In this document: positions 1 through 8,870 of the stretch, piece after piece
Position numbering within the stretch: position 1 is the stretch's first letter
How the letters are laid out: the number at the start of each line of letters is the position of its first letter
NCBI GenBank assembly: GCA_016783555.1
Contig: JADHWH010000001.1
Span: 16,913-80,912, forward strand
Reading direction: 5' to 3'
Length of the DNA stretch: 64,000 bases
Source of the DNA: Candidatus Omnitrophota bacterium
Lineage (GTDB): Bacteria > Omnitrophota > Gorgyraeia > JABMRJ01
Program-made: the position numbers and the translations under genes
Notes under the pieces: model-generated
Database searches by the model: none
The model's input: the letters and a program-made list of their open reading frames with translations, nothing else
Told to the model about the DNA's origin: nothing

Positions 1-54
1 TCAATATAAGACCGATCTCAAAAACGGCAATTGCAAAGATTATGTATAGTAAGA

Positions 55-585
55 TCATCTATTACCCTCGATCATTTTCTGAATAACAGGGAGAGATACA
101 ATTTGAGAAATTAATTCCTCAAAATCATCCCTTTGGGCATCATTATCTATTATAAGATCTGAGCCTTCGGGTTCAGGAAACGGGATATCCACCCCTACGA
201 CATTCTTTATCTTACCCTGAAGGGCATGAATATATAAATTATCACTGTCTCTTCTCTTTACGGTCTCTAATGACGTCTTCAAATAGACCTCTGCATACCC
301 GGGGATATTGGCACGATTCCATCTTCTCCATTCCGGAAAGATAGATAAGACGGCCGCTATGACATGAATATTCTGATCGGATAAGAACTTTGAAAGATGA
401 GAGAGGCGTTCTGCATTCTTGCGCCTTCCCCCAACAGTATGATCTACATCGTGGCCGAAGAGCTCTCTGATAAGATCCCCGTCCAACCGAACAAGATTGG
501 GTATCATCGGCTTCAATCTATCATAAAGGAGTCTTGTCAGAGTCGTCTTTCCTGATTTAGAAAGCCCTATCAACCATATAACCAT
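55..585 (-). CDS. Adenylyl-sulfate (APS) kinase-family P-loop kinase; candidate cytidine diphosphoramidate 3'-kinase (Cj1415c-like)
   Basis: The N-terminus MVIWLIGLSKSGKTTL is a Walker A motif. The 176-aa length and overall sequence are typical of CysC. It is the last gene of a 4-gene cassette that matches C. jejuni cj1418c-cj1415c in order. Confidence 0.75.
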   Translation of the reverse strand: MVIWLIGLSKSGKTTLTRLLYDRLKPMIPNLVRLDGDLIRELFGHDVDHTVGGRRKNAERLSHLSKFLSDQNIHVIAAVLSIFPEWRRWNRANIPGYAEVYLKTSLETVKRRDSDNLYIHALQGKIKNVVGVDIPFPEPEGSDLIIDNDAQRDDFEELISQIVSLPVIQKMIEGNR

Positions 586-596
586 GCATCCTCCAT

Positions 597-1340
597 CTAT
601 CTTGCCCCGATTAATAGACCGTCATTATAAAGCTGATTAGCCAACTCAAGGTCCCTTTCCGTATCCACCTCGCACCATCCGCCCTCAATGGGCATACCAT
701 AAATCGGATAGCCTTCTCTAATAAGGCGGTGCAAAAGGGTGGTCATATACATCTTATTTAAAACCTTTCTGCCCGCCTTTTGAGCTAATCTTACTATCCA
801 AGAGAGGGCCTTGGCGCTGAAGCGCATAAGGCCTATATATTGGCCCTCAATATCTTCTATATTATCGACCTTTCGTCCGATATCTTTAATCAATCCATCT
901 TGGTCAATCTTGAAACTCTCGGCGTCTTTTAAAGGGTCTCCGAAGCGCGCCTCCCAAAGTCTCTTCCACTCTAAATCATATACGACGACAGCGTCTCTCT
1001 TCTTTCTTACTAAATTACTCACGATATCTCTGTCGTAGATTATATCTGAGTAGCTTACGATTACCGGCTCATTAAACTCATTCCCAGCGCAGAGAAGACT
1101 CTTTACCATATTGGTCTTCTCCCATTCCGGATTATGCACCGTCCTTATGCCGTATCCCTCCAGCATCTGGGCGCGGTAACCGCTCACCGCTACAATCTCA
1201 TCGACTCCGGAGGACTTTAAGGTCTCTATCTGCCGCTCTAGTATAGATTTTCTACCTATAGAATTTAGACATTTAGGCTTATCCTGCGTGAACTTGCTCA
1301 AACGACTGCCTCGCCCTGCTGCCAAGATAATCGCCTTCAC
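597..1340 (-). CDS. Sugar-phosphate nucleotidyltransferase (NTP_transferase fold); candidate CTP:phosphoglutamine cytidylyltransferase (Cj1416c-like)
   Basis: KAIILAAGRGSRL is the nucleotidyltransferase signature. The start is revised to GTG at 1338-1340 (V-KAIILAAGRG), which lies in a half-copy of a junction palindrome. The ORF track instead begins at 1376. Confidence 0.7.
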   Translation of the reverse strand: MKAIILAAGRGSRLSKFTQDKPKCLNSIGRKSILERQIETLKSSGVDEIVAVSGYRAQMLEGYGIRTVHNPEWEKTNMVKSLLCAGNEFNEPVIVSYSDIIYDRDIVSNLVRKKRDAVVVYDLEWKRLWEARFGDPLKDAESFKIDQDGLIKDIGRKVDNIEDIEGQYIGLMRFSAKALSWIVRLAQKAGRKVLNKMYMTTLLHRLIREGYPIYGMPIEGGWCEVDTERDLELANQLYNDGLLIGAR

Positions 1341-1441
1341 CCAGCCCTTCCTTTCTTTTTCAACCCGCCCTTCCATTTCTTCTGCTCTCTCTTAGGAAGG
1401 GCTGGGTTCACCCAGCCCCTGCGCGCAGGGGCTGGGTTCAT
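1338..1441 (-). repeat. Second palindrome family with the same stop/start logic
   Basis: GGGCTGGGTTCACCCAGCCCCTGCGCGCAGGGGCTGGGTTCAT lies at 1399-1441. It contains the hydrolase TGA stop at 1438-1440. A half-copy CACCCAGCCC at 1338-1347 provides the nucleotidyltransferase GTG start. Confidence 0.7.
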
Positions 1442-2097
1442 AATCGCCCCTTATATAAAAGGTTGGCTATAAGCTCTTTATCAAAAGGCCTTGAAGGAGA
1501 TCTCCGTTCCGGATGCCACTGAATACCGACAATAGGCTTTTTGGGATGATAGAACCCTTCGACTACGCCTTTGGGACTCGTGGCGAAGACCTTAAATTGA
1601 TTTGAAACCGATTCCTGAAGAATTCCGTGATTATGGAAACTGTTAACCTTCATCTTGTCCGTCTTTATCAGTCTCTTAAACGGCGTATCTTCTGCTAAAT
1701 CCAGCTTATGGATAGCGCGCACATGATTCTCTTTCCTTGCCTTGCGGATGCCTCTCTTCAGGGTCCCGCCGAATAGAATATTCAATATCTGCATGCCGCG
1801 GCATACGCCCAGGATAGGTAGATTACACCCCAGTGAATATTTGACGATTCGCTCTTCAGTCTTATCGCGCCTCGGGAATTCGCCCCAGTCGCTTCCATTT
1901 GAAAGGATAACGCCGCCTATCTTTAGACCCTTCAACGTATCGATGACCGAATCGGGCTCGTTGACGAGAGGAACTAAGATGGCGTCTGGTAGAATCTCTC
2001 TTATATACTCTTCCCAGTCCTTGCTCAGGGCATCCCTCTCTTCGGAATAACCTTCATTCCGGATAACCCTCATCGTAATTCCTATTCGTTTATTCAC
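1438..2097 (-). CDS. Class I glutamine amidotransferase-like / peptidase C26 gamma-glutamyl hydrolase; candidate gamma-glutamyl-CDP-amidate hydrolase (Cj1417c-like)
   Basis: GVCRGMQ contains the catalytic Cys and HPE the His/Glu, giving the C26/PuuD family pattern. The start is revised to GTG 2095-2097 (V-NKRIGIT, a typical C26 N-terminus), which lies inside a junction element. The MNPVRPHEGSTGRR extension in the ORF track is a read-through artefact. Confidence 0.7.
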   Translation of the reverse strand: MNKRIGITMRVIRNEGYSEERDALSKDWEEYIREILPDAILVPLVNEPDSVIDTLKGLKIGGVILSNGSDWGEFPRRDKTEERIVKYSLGCNLPILGVCRGMQILNILFGGTLKRGIRKARKENHVRAIHKLDLAEDTPFKRLIKTDKMKVNSFHNHGILQESVSNQFKVFATSPKGVVEGFYHPKKPIVGIQWHPERRSPSRPFDKELIANLLYKGRL

Positions 2098-2160
2098 CCC
2101 GTTAGACCTCTCCATCATCCTTCGACCCGTTGACCCCTCATGAGGTCTAACGGGGTTCAT
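2095..2160 (-). repeat. Junction palindrome element, copy A
   Basis: CACCCCGTTAGACCTC...GAGGTCTAACGGGGTTCAT. The loop holds a degenerate third arm. On the mRNA, GGAGAGG-9nt-GTG gives the start of the downstream C26 hydrolase. Confidence 0.85.
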
Positions 2161-2163
2161 AAT

Positions 2164-4569
2164 CTACATCTCTATCGGTTCTATTCTTCTTTCGGAACAA
2201 TTAAGTTCAATGGCCCCCGAACGCAGTATATTGTCGAATATCTGCTCGCCGCAGCCTATGGCAGCGGGCAGACCAAATTCAGCGCAGCGGATTGCCATAT
2301 GAGAATTTGCTCCTCCGAATTTAGTAACGAGCCCCGATATGGGGCGCGAAAATATCCAGTCAAAACCAGGATCGGCATTCTCTATCAAAACAATCCGCTC
2401 TTCGATATCCGGCACGTTATCGTCTTTTCCTTCGATAAATACGTAAGGGGCCCTCACTATCTTCTGCGTAATAAAGTTCGGTTTATTCAAGAAGAGCGGA
2501 ACGATCGATATATCTTCAGGTCTCTCTATAATGTACGGCAGGCGTATCGATAACGTAGTTTCGTGGTTCTCCTGCCCGCGCAAAATAAGATCGCGTAAAT
2601 TCTTCTTTAAATCTTCACCCTGCGGCAGCCTGGCGGCATTTAGGATATCTTCTATATCTAAATATGAAAGCTCCTCTCTCTGGAATCCTAACGCCTTGCC
2701 CCATGATGCGATAATCTCAAGGGCGTCGCTTATATTCCTGGTAAATACAAATTTAGCATATTCCCGCGCGCTTATTGCATCTCTTATGTAGCTTAAGAAA
2801 CGTTCGGGGTCGATGTCATATTTGAACTCTTCTAAAAACGATTCTATCTTTTTTAACTTGCTTGATGAGAAGCAAAATTCATTATCGGTATCTAATTCAA
2901 CCGGCGGCCGCAGGGTCTTCTTCAATAGGTCTTCATGCTGATCGTATCTTTTGGATAAGATATTATATGTCCCCGGCCGGAGGTGGCCGTATCTTGACAT
3001 AAAGGACCGCATATCTATCTTCTTCTTTACTAAATTATCTATATCAAACACCAGACTGCTTGCAACCGTCTTTATAGACCTTTCAAAGCGCGCCGCTTCC
3101 GAAACGTCAAGGACTCCGCGCCTGATTAAAGAGCGCATAAAACTCTTTGCTATAAATGCGTGTCTCGCCAATTTGGCAAACGGGATCGTTCCCAGCTTTA
3201 TGCAATCATCGAGCAGGCTTCTGACGCATGCCAAGGCGGCCCTATCATCACGTTTGAGCAAACCATCCCTTCTCACTCGAAGCTCTTCAATCTTCTTCAA
3301 CTCGCCGCTTAAAGAGGCGGCCTTTCCGGTTAGGAGATTATTCGTAAGATTAAATAGGGCCTTTCTGAAAGCCCTCTTTTCATCATGGGTCAATACATTA
3401 GGAATCTGTTCATCCACAGAACTATCGAAATCGAACGCTAAGGCGGTTATGGCTACGTCAAATTCTATTTTATCGTGGAGCGATTTATTACTCGACAGGC
3501 GCTCCAACCAGCTATCCACTAACTTGTCGCAGATATCCGGACGCAGGCCTTCGGGCAAAAAGGAATTAAGGCTCAGGCGCACATCAATATATGGCTTGCC
3601 GGATAAAGAGACCATAAGAGATATCTCTTTGGGTTCGTTATACCCCATCTCTCTCCTTGCCTGGCGCCATGCGTAATCCGTAATAAGATAACGGTAGAGA
3701 GAAAGGGCGAGCGGCCGCGGAGAAGTCCCTATCATCTCGGCGGGGTTCCAATCCGGCATCTTACCTAAGATGGTCCTCTTGCCGTAGAGGGTCTCTTCTT
3801 TTTTATTGTAATCGTTAAAAAACGACTTCATAGATTTAATTGCATTATCGACCTTGATCTTAACTCCGGTCTTCCAGTTAGGCTGCGTGGCTATCTTCCG
3901 CACTTGAAATATATGAACTGTATTCTTTTCATCCACGGCAAATTCTATATCGAGCGAATCGCTTCCAGTTATCTTCTCTATCTCCTGAACCGATCCAAGC
4001 AATGCCTTAAAACGTTCTGACCTTAGGTCGCTTGCTGCATCACGATGGACGAGTAGAGTCCTATTGCTATTCTCTCTTCCTGCAGTCACTGTATCGGTAC
4101 GCCCTGTCTGATCATCATATGTTATAACGTAATACGGCGCTCCGGTGTTTAAATCCTGGGTAAAGAGAACGCCGCTCATCGAGACCTTATCGACCATCAG
4201 TTGAATCAATACATGATTTGCCGTATTATCGGCGTAAAAGGGCTCTCTATTATAACTATGGATGACGCGGTCTATTCCTTTACAAAGTATATCCCTCTCA
4301 TATGCAAATACATCCGGAACCGAATCATGAAAACCCGCCATAGATGAGACCTCGGTGTCTTCGCAGGCAGCGCTGGAACGTATGATAATCTTCTCTCTGC
4401 CAAAAAGGGAACTTGTCTCATCCAAAATAGCCTCGGCGTACGCCTGCCACCTATCTACATTAAAGTAATAAAATTTCGGAATAGACGATAATGAAAGCAG
4501 CGGCGCTAGGAACTCAAGCGTCTCTGCCTTTGTACCAAATTTAAATTCTCTTTCGTTTAAGGCCTTCAT
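2164..4569 (-). CDS. PEP-utilising-enzyme family three-domain kinase (PPDK/PEP-synthase-like); candidate L-glutamine kinase (Cj1418c-like)
   Basis: The 801-aa protein has an N-terminal PPDK-type nucleotide-binding region. Its C-terminal GGANSHMAIRCAEFGLPAAIGCGE is a phosphohistidine mobile-domain motif. It is the first gene of the cj1418c-like cassette. Confidence 0.7.
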   Translation of the reverse strand: MKALNEREFKFGTKAETLEFLAPLLSLSSIPKFYYFNVDRWQAYAEAILDETSSLFGREKIIIRSSAACEDTEVSSMAGFHDSVPDVFAYERDILCKGIDRVIHSYNREPFYADNTANHVLIQLMVDKVSMSGVLFTQDLNTGAPYYVITYDDQTGRTDTVTAGRENSNRTLLVHRDAASDLRSERFKALLGSVQEIEKITGSDSLDIEFAVDEKNTVHIFQVRKIATQPNWKTGVKIKVDNAIKSMKSFFNDYNKKEETLYGKRTILGKMPDWNPAEMIGTSPRPLALSLYRYLITDYAWRQARREMGYNEPKEISLMVSLSGKPYIDVRLSLNSFLPEGLRPDICDKLVDSWLERLSSNKSLHDKIEFDVAITALAFDFDSSVDEQIPNVLTHDEKRAFRKALFNLTNNLLTGKAASLSGELKKIEELRVRRDGLLKRDDRAALACVRSLLDDCIKLGTIPFAKLARHAFIAKSFMRSLIRRGVLDVSEAARFERSIKTVASSLVFDIDNLVKKKIDMRSFMSRYGHLRPGTYNILSKRYDQHEDLLKKTLRPPVELDTDNEFCFSSSKLKKIESFLEEFKYDIDPERFLSYIRDAISAREYAKFVFTRNISDALEIIASWGKALGFQREELSYLDIEDILNAARLPQGEDLKKNLRDLILRGQENHETTLSIRLPYIIERPEDISIVPLFLNKPNFITQKIVRAPYVFIEGKDDNVPDIEERIVLIENADPGFDWIFSRPISGLVTKFGGANSHMAIRCAEFGLPAAIGCGEQIFDNILRSGAIELNCSERRIEPIEM

Positions 4570-4575
4570 ATTATT

Positions 4576-5304
4576 TCAGCATATCTTTCGGCGTTGGTCC
4601 TTTCTCATTAAAAATTCTGCAAATTTAAAATCGGTTTCGTCATCTATATCAATAGACCTTTCTTTAGGCATTACATATATAGCCGTCTTTTTGGATATAA
4701 TCGTATTTTCGCCGAATAGCGCCTCTCTTCTGGTTGCATATATAGCGCCGTTCGGCACATAGATATCCTCTAGATACCTCCTCAGCGTCCTCTTGCCTCT
4801 CAATGTACCGGAAAAACATAACTCGGCCCTTCTATCTTTCTTCAGTCTAAACATCCATTCTGGCGGCACCTCTGTCGCTTTTGCCGAAAAGGCTGATTGA
4901 ATGCCCTTATCCCTTATCAACATCTCTATGCATCTATCGATATCTTCAGAGTTTGCCAGCGGGGAAGTCGGCTGAAGCGTAACGGCTATATCTATCCTCC
5001 TCTTCTCTCTTGACTCGAGGAATCTCACTGCATGTTGAATAACCAGCGTGGAAGAACAACTGCCCGATATCTCCTTAGGGCGTTTAAAGGGGACCTCTGC
5101 GCCATATCTTAATGAGACCTTTTTTATCTCTGGATGGTCTGTTGAAATTATTATCCTTCTTAAGTACCTACTCATCTGTGCGGCTTTTATAACATAAGCT
5201 ATGAGAGGCCTTCCGTTCAAACCCTTAAGATTCTTTAAAGGTACTCTCTTAGAACCGCCTCTCGCGGATATTATGCCTATAATATTATAAGTATTTTTCA
5301 CCAT
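4576..5304 (-). CDS. Acylneuraminate cytidylyltransferase family (CMP-nonulosonic acid synthetase)
   Basis: IIGIISARGGSKRVPLKNL is the NeuA/LegF/PseF-type CTP_transf_3 motif. This is one of three such genes in the locus. Confidence 0.75.
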   Translation of the reverse strand: MVKNTYNIIGIISARGGSKRVPLKNLKGLNGRPLIAYVIKAAQMSRYLRRIIISTDHPEIKKVSLRYGAEVPFKRPKEISGSCSSTLVIQHAVRFLESREKRRIDIAVTLQPTSPLANSEDIDRCIEMLIRDKGIQSAFSAKATEVPPEWMFRLKKDRRAELCFSGTLRGKRTLRRYLEDIYVPNGAIYATRREALFGENTIISKKTAIYVMPKERSIDIDDETDFKFAEFLMRKDQRRKIC

Positions 5305-5310
5305 CTCTCC

Positions 5311-6789
5311 TTATCTTTTATGCAGGCTTTCTATTAAAGACGGATATAATATATCTGCCTCTCTCTCTTTAGAACCTATCTCTTTCTGATCAAAATCTAC
5401 CGACGAAGCTTTTATTGCGGCAAGAAACCTTAAGCCCTCTTGCGTACGTCTATTTTTGGCCTCCGCTCTACCATCCCCTGCACACAATCTGTGTAAAAGC
5501 GGGCGCAATTCTCTCCATGAACTGACCACATGCACATGGGGAAGAAAATTAAAGACATTATGGGCGCCGAATGAGATAACCGGTATGCCCGATATAGCGG
5601 CCTCTACGCCTAAGGTACTTGTGATTACCGCGACGCCGCGTGATGACTTTGCTATTCTCAGGGCATTCTCTAAGGGCGACACCATAACTACATTAGGTAT
5701 ATCCTGAATAGTCTTGTAAAAATCCCCCGGTCTTCTTCCAATGGCCAGGAGATGTTCTTTGACAGCGAGTAACGCGCCGGCAGGAAGGTTCTTGGCCATA
5801 AATTCTATGGCTGCCAGCTGCTCATTGAACTCGGGACTAAATGTACCTACGGCCATCTCCGGTTCCGTATGCAATGGATAGAAGATATACGGTTTGTCAG
5901 ATAGCTCATCTAAGCTTGCGGTCTTTAAGTTCTTCATAACCTTAGATCCTTTATGGGCCCTGTAGAGATACTTTATATTCTCAGATAACCGATAGCCGCC
6001 CATGCTGACGACCTTCTTATATCTCTTATACAGGTATGATCTTATCTGGAGTATTATTTCTTTCAACAATGTAACCTTGGAAGACTTCTTTAAAAACCTT
6101 TGGTAAACACCCTTGATATACGACTCCTCTATCGGACCATTGAGGTCCTCTTCGTCGACGAATTCATCTATATTTTTAATATCCGCGAAATTCTTCTTTA
6201 CCTCTGGGGAGGAATAGTATTCATCGACAACCCAATAATGGCGCGATCTGTATTTAGCGCCGTTAAATATGCGCACGGGGATGCTTCTATGCCTTGCAAC
6301 GGCCATAAATATCTTGCCTATTATTCCTACCTGCAAACCTATCACTAAGTCGGGTTTAGTCTTATCCAGATAATCCTCCCAAAATTTAAATATCTTGTTG
6401 AATATATTTACCGATTTTATATAGCTTGCCTTATCGCTTAAATGCGACCTTGGGTGGCCTGTTCCAGCGGCGGAAAAACCACGCCCTAAGTGCCTATCGG
6501 TCTGGAGGGCATCGACTGCATATACGTTATACCTATCCTCGTAATATCGAGCCTTATCATAAATATCTTGAGCCGCTTCCTGGCATCTGTCATACTCGTT
6601 GAAAAAATGGTTTATTGTCACATATGTATCTATCACACCTTCACGATCTAGGCCTCTCCAATATTCCACGCTCTGGGGGCTGCTGCATATAAAATGGATC
6701 TTAACATTCTCTCTCGCCTTAAGCTCTTTTAAAAATGGTATATGGAGCCAATAATATACCGCAAATCCCCATACAACTACGTTTTCCAC
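5311..6789 (-). CDS. Capsule-polysaccharide-biosynthesis family protein (KpsS/KpsC/LpsZ-like); putative CMP-sugar-dependent glycosyltransferase
   Basis: PYIFYPLHTEPE and GVAVITSTLGVEAAISGIPVISFG resemble Capsule_synth motifs. The start is revised to GTG 6787-6789, inside a junction element. Confidence 0.45.
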   Translation of the reverse strand: MENVVVWGFAVYYWLHIPFLKELKARENVKIHFICSSPQSVEYWRGLDREGVIDTYVTINHFFNEYDRCQEAAQDIYDKARYYEDRYNVYAVDALQTDRHLGRGFSAAGTGHPRSHLSDKASYIKSVNIFNKIFKFWEDYLDKTKPDLVIGLQVGIIGKIFMAVARHRSIPVRIFNGAKYRSRHYWVVDEYYSSPEVKKNFADIKNIDEFVDEEDLNGPIEESYIKGVYQRFLKKSSKVTLLKEIILQIRSYLYKRYKKVVSMGGYRLSENIKYLYRAHKGSKVMKNLKTASLDELSDKPYIFYPLHTEPEMAVGTFSPEFNEQLAAIEFMAKNLPAGALLAVKEHLLAIGRRPGDFYKTIQDIPNVVMVSPLENALRIAKSSRGVAVITSTLGVEAAISGIPVISFGAHNVFNFLPHVHVVSSWRELRPLLHRLCAGDGRAEAKNRRTQEGLRFLAAIKASSVDFDQKEIGSKEREADILYPSLIESLHKR

Positions 6790-6842
6790 CCCGTTAGACC
6801 TCCTCACCCCATTGACCTCTCATGAGGTCTAACGGGGTCCAT
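6787..6842 (-). repeat. Junction palindrome element, copy B
   Basis: The same arms, with a third arm CACCCCATTGACCTC in the loop. GAGGAGG-9nt-GTG gives the start of the KpsS-like gene. Confidence 0.85.
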
Positions 6843-6850
6843 TATCGCCT

Positions 6851-7807
6851 CTAATGCTTATGATTTGCCGTGCACGGTTCACACAGGGTCTTAGAAAAAT
6901 TAAGCCTCTTATGCCTCTCTCTTAATGCGTTTAGCTCCTTTGACTGCCAAAGTTCCTTTAATGACCTATCCCGTATATTCCCTATAACCAAAACGCCGTT
7001 ATAATCCTGACAACAGACAGTTACATCGCCGTTCCAGAAGACCGACAGGCGCAGCCATAATTGGGGGCATGGTCTCTTGGAAAGCTTCTTATAATCTACC
7101 ATCGATTCCTTAAGTATCTCGGGATTCCCGTCTACAGATGTGATATTAGTCACTGAGATAAAATCTACGGCGTCTTTGAACTTATCCACAAAGAGAGGGA
7201 TATCATTACAGTTACTCTTCATGCGAATGAATTGGAGCGTAAGCAGGGGTTTCTTGCCAATGGGTTTTATCTTGATAAAGTCTTCTATATTCTTTATGGT
7301 AGTCTCAAATTTCGCGCCTCTTCTTTTGTTCTCATAATCGTCTTTAACCATGCTCTCTACCGAAAATGTAATCCTATCGAGGCCGCACTCAACAAGCCTG
7401 CGGGCATTCTCCTCTGTCACAAGTGTTGCGTTTGTATTAAATTGGGTATGGATTCGATTTTTTTTGGCGTATCTTACCATATTAAAGATCTCTTTATGGA
7501 GTATCGATTCGCCCCATAGGTTCAATTTTACGGAGGTTATTCGATATTCGGCGCATTGGTCGATTATCCTACAAAAGAGGCCGTAGTCCATATATCCTAT
7601 TTTGCGGGTCATCATATTCCTCTCGCACATGGAGCACTTTAGGTTGCAGGCGTTGGTCACTTCTATGTCCACATGAAGGGGGGCCTCGGTTAGATAGAGA
7701 CTTCTGGCGCATGAGTCCCACATCTTGCGGAATTCCTTATACTCTCTATCCGCAATTTCAGTATTCGAGCTGACAACCTGAAAATAGTCGCTAATTTCTC
7801 TTTTCAT
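6851..7807 (-). CDS. Radical SAM protein with C-terminal SPASM-like Cys cluster
   Basis: CNLKCSMC is a CxxxCxxC cluster. There is a Cys-rich C-terminus (CPQLW...VCCQDYNG...CEPC). Confidence 0.75.
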   Translation of the reverse strand: MKREISDYFQVVSSNTEIADREYKEFRKMWDSCARSLYLTEAPLHVDIEVTNACNLKCSMCERNMMTRKIGYMDYGLFCRIIDQCAEYRITSVKLNLWGESILHKEIFNMVRYAKKNRIHTQFNTNATLVTEENARRLVECGLDRITFSVESMVKDDYENKRRGAKFETTIKNIEDFIKIKPIGKKPLLTLQFIRMKSNCNDIPLFVDKFKDAVDFISVTNITSVDGNPEILKESMVDYKKLSKRPCPQLWLRLSVFWNGDVTVCCQDYNGVLVIGNIRDRSLKELWQSKELNALRERHKRLNFSKTLCEPCTANHKH

Positions 7808-7808
7808 A

Positions 7809-8870
7809 TTATATTAATTTGTCTGTATACTTCTTATATTCTTCCCATTGGCCTATATCTACGTAGGACCTCTGGCTTACGGGATAGACCCCGACATTCT
7901 CCTTCTTCTCAAGGAGCACGTTTATAAAATCCGTCATATCAAAATGTTTCTCCTCGGGCATGTGGCTAATCGCGTCTTTTGATAAGACGTACGCTCCGGT
8001 ATTCACCGTAAAGTCGAATTCCGGTTTTTCATGAATTTGGCTTATCTTTCCCTCTTCTTTATAATGTATAATCCCGTAAGGCATCTTATGGTGCTGTATC
8101 GAGCCCACAACCGTCAATAGATTATTGTTCTTTTTGTGGAACTTCACAAGGTCGGCGTAATCGGCGTCCACTATGATATCGCAATTCGACACTATAAAAG
8201 TATCTTTGATGGTCTGCGGTAGAAGCTTGAGGCTTCCGGCCGTGCCTAAAAACTCCTCTTCCCAGGTGTATTCTATCGTGTAATCTTTTTCTATACTGTC
8301 GAAGTAGTTCTTTACCATCTCTCCTTTGTAATTCAGCGTGACATAGAAACGCTCTACCCCCTGGCGCCTGAATTTTTCTATTATTATCTCTATAATAGGT
8401 TTCTCGCCGATCGGTATAAGGGGCTTCGGCAGTATCTTTGTAAACGGATCGAGCCTATCGCCCTTGCCGCCCGCCATTATCACCACGGGCACGTCTGTCT
8501 TTGTGTAATATGAGTTTTCTTTGCCGAAGATGTCGCTGTAAAAAAAGACCTCAAGGATATTCTTCTTTTTATCGACAACAGGTATTATATCGATAGATTT
8601 CTCAAGCATAATCCTCTTTGCCTCTTCGGTATTGTTGTTGCCATCCAGGATAAAGATAGGCGTGCGGTTAAAGCATGTCGTGATCTTCTCCTTGAGATCG
8701 CCCGTCTTTAACACTCTTCTCCTGATATCACCGTCTGTAAGCGAACCCAATAATGAACCGTCGCCATTACAGATAAATAGTATCCTTCGCCCCGTTTCAT
8801 CAATTAATTTGAGCGCCTCTTTTATCGACAGGTCTTCTTTTACTTTAATCTTTGATATAATATCTTTCAT
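7809..8870 (-). CDS. CBS-pair domain + sugar-1-phosphate nucleotidyltransferase (PtmE-like, GDP-sugar route of legionaminic acid synthesis)
   Basis: The N-terminal ~120 aa are CBS-like. VVIMAGGKGDRLDPFTKILPKPLIPIG is the nucleotidyltransferase motif. The architecture matches C. jejuni PtmE (GlcN-1-P guanylyltransferase). Confidence 0.65.
   Translation of the reverse strand: MKDIISKIKVKEDLSIKEALKLIDETGRRILFICNGDGSLLGSLTDGDIRRRVLKTGDLKEKITTCFNRTPIFILDGNNNTEEAKRIMLEKSIDIIPVVDKKKNILEVFFYSDIFGKENSYYTKTDVPVVIMAGGKGDRLDPFTKILPKPLIPIGEKPIIEIIIEKFRRQGVERFYVTLNYKGEMVKNYFDSIEKDYTIEYTWEEEFLGTAGSLKLLPQTIKDTFIVSNCDIIVDADYADLVKFHKKNNNLLTVVGSIQHHKMPYGIIHYKEEGKISQIHEKPEFDFTVNTGAYVLSKDAISHMPEEKHFDMTDFINVLLEKKENVGVYPVSQRSYVDIGQWEEYKKYTDKLI

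Noticed and set aside
811-1038. Plus-strand ORFs of 60-240 aa lying inside minus-strand genes throughout the window (for example 811..1038, 2951..3676, 13329..13727, 16095..16601, 63193..63735)
   Set aside because: All are antisense shadows of longer minus-strand genes that have clear family motifs. They show low-complexity Ser/Leu/Pro-rich translations and no independent start context.
2098-2160. N-terminal extensions MNPVRPHEGSTGRR.../MRRSNGV.../MNPVRPFWRDSMSRSNG in the ORF track (1438..2160, 5311..6807, 12671..13894, 59991..61484) and the plus-strand MRSNGVH ORFs (2140..2553, 13909..14220)
   Set aside because: These peptides are translations of the palindromic junction element itself. Family-typical N-termini start at the GTG/ATG inside the element's 3' arm.
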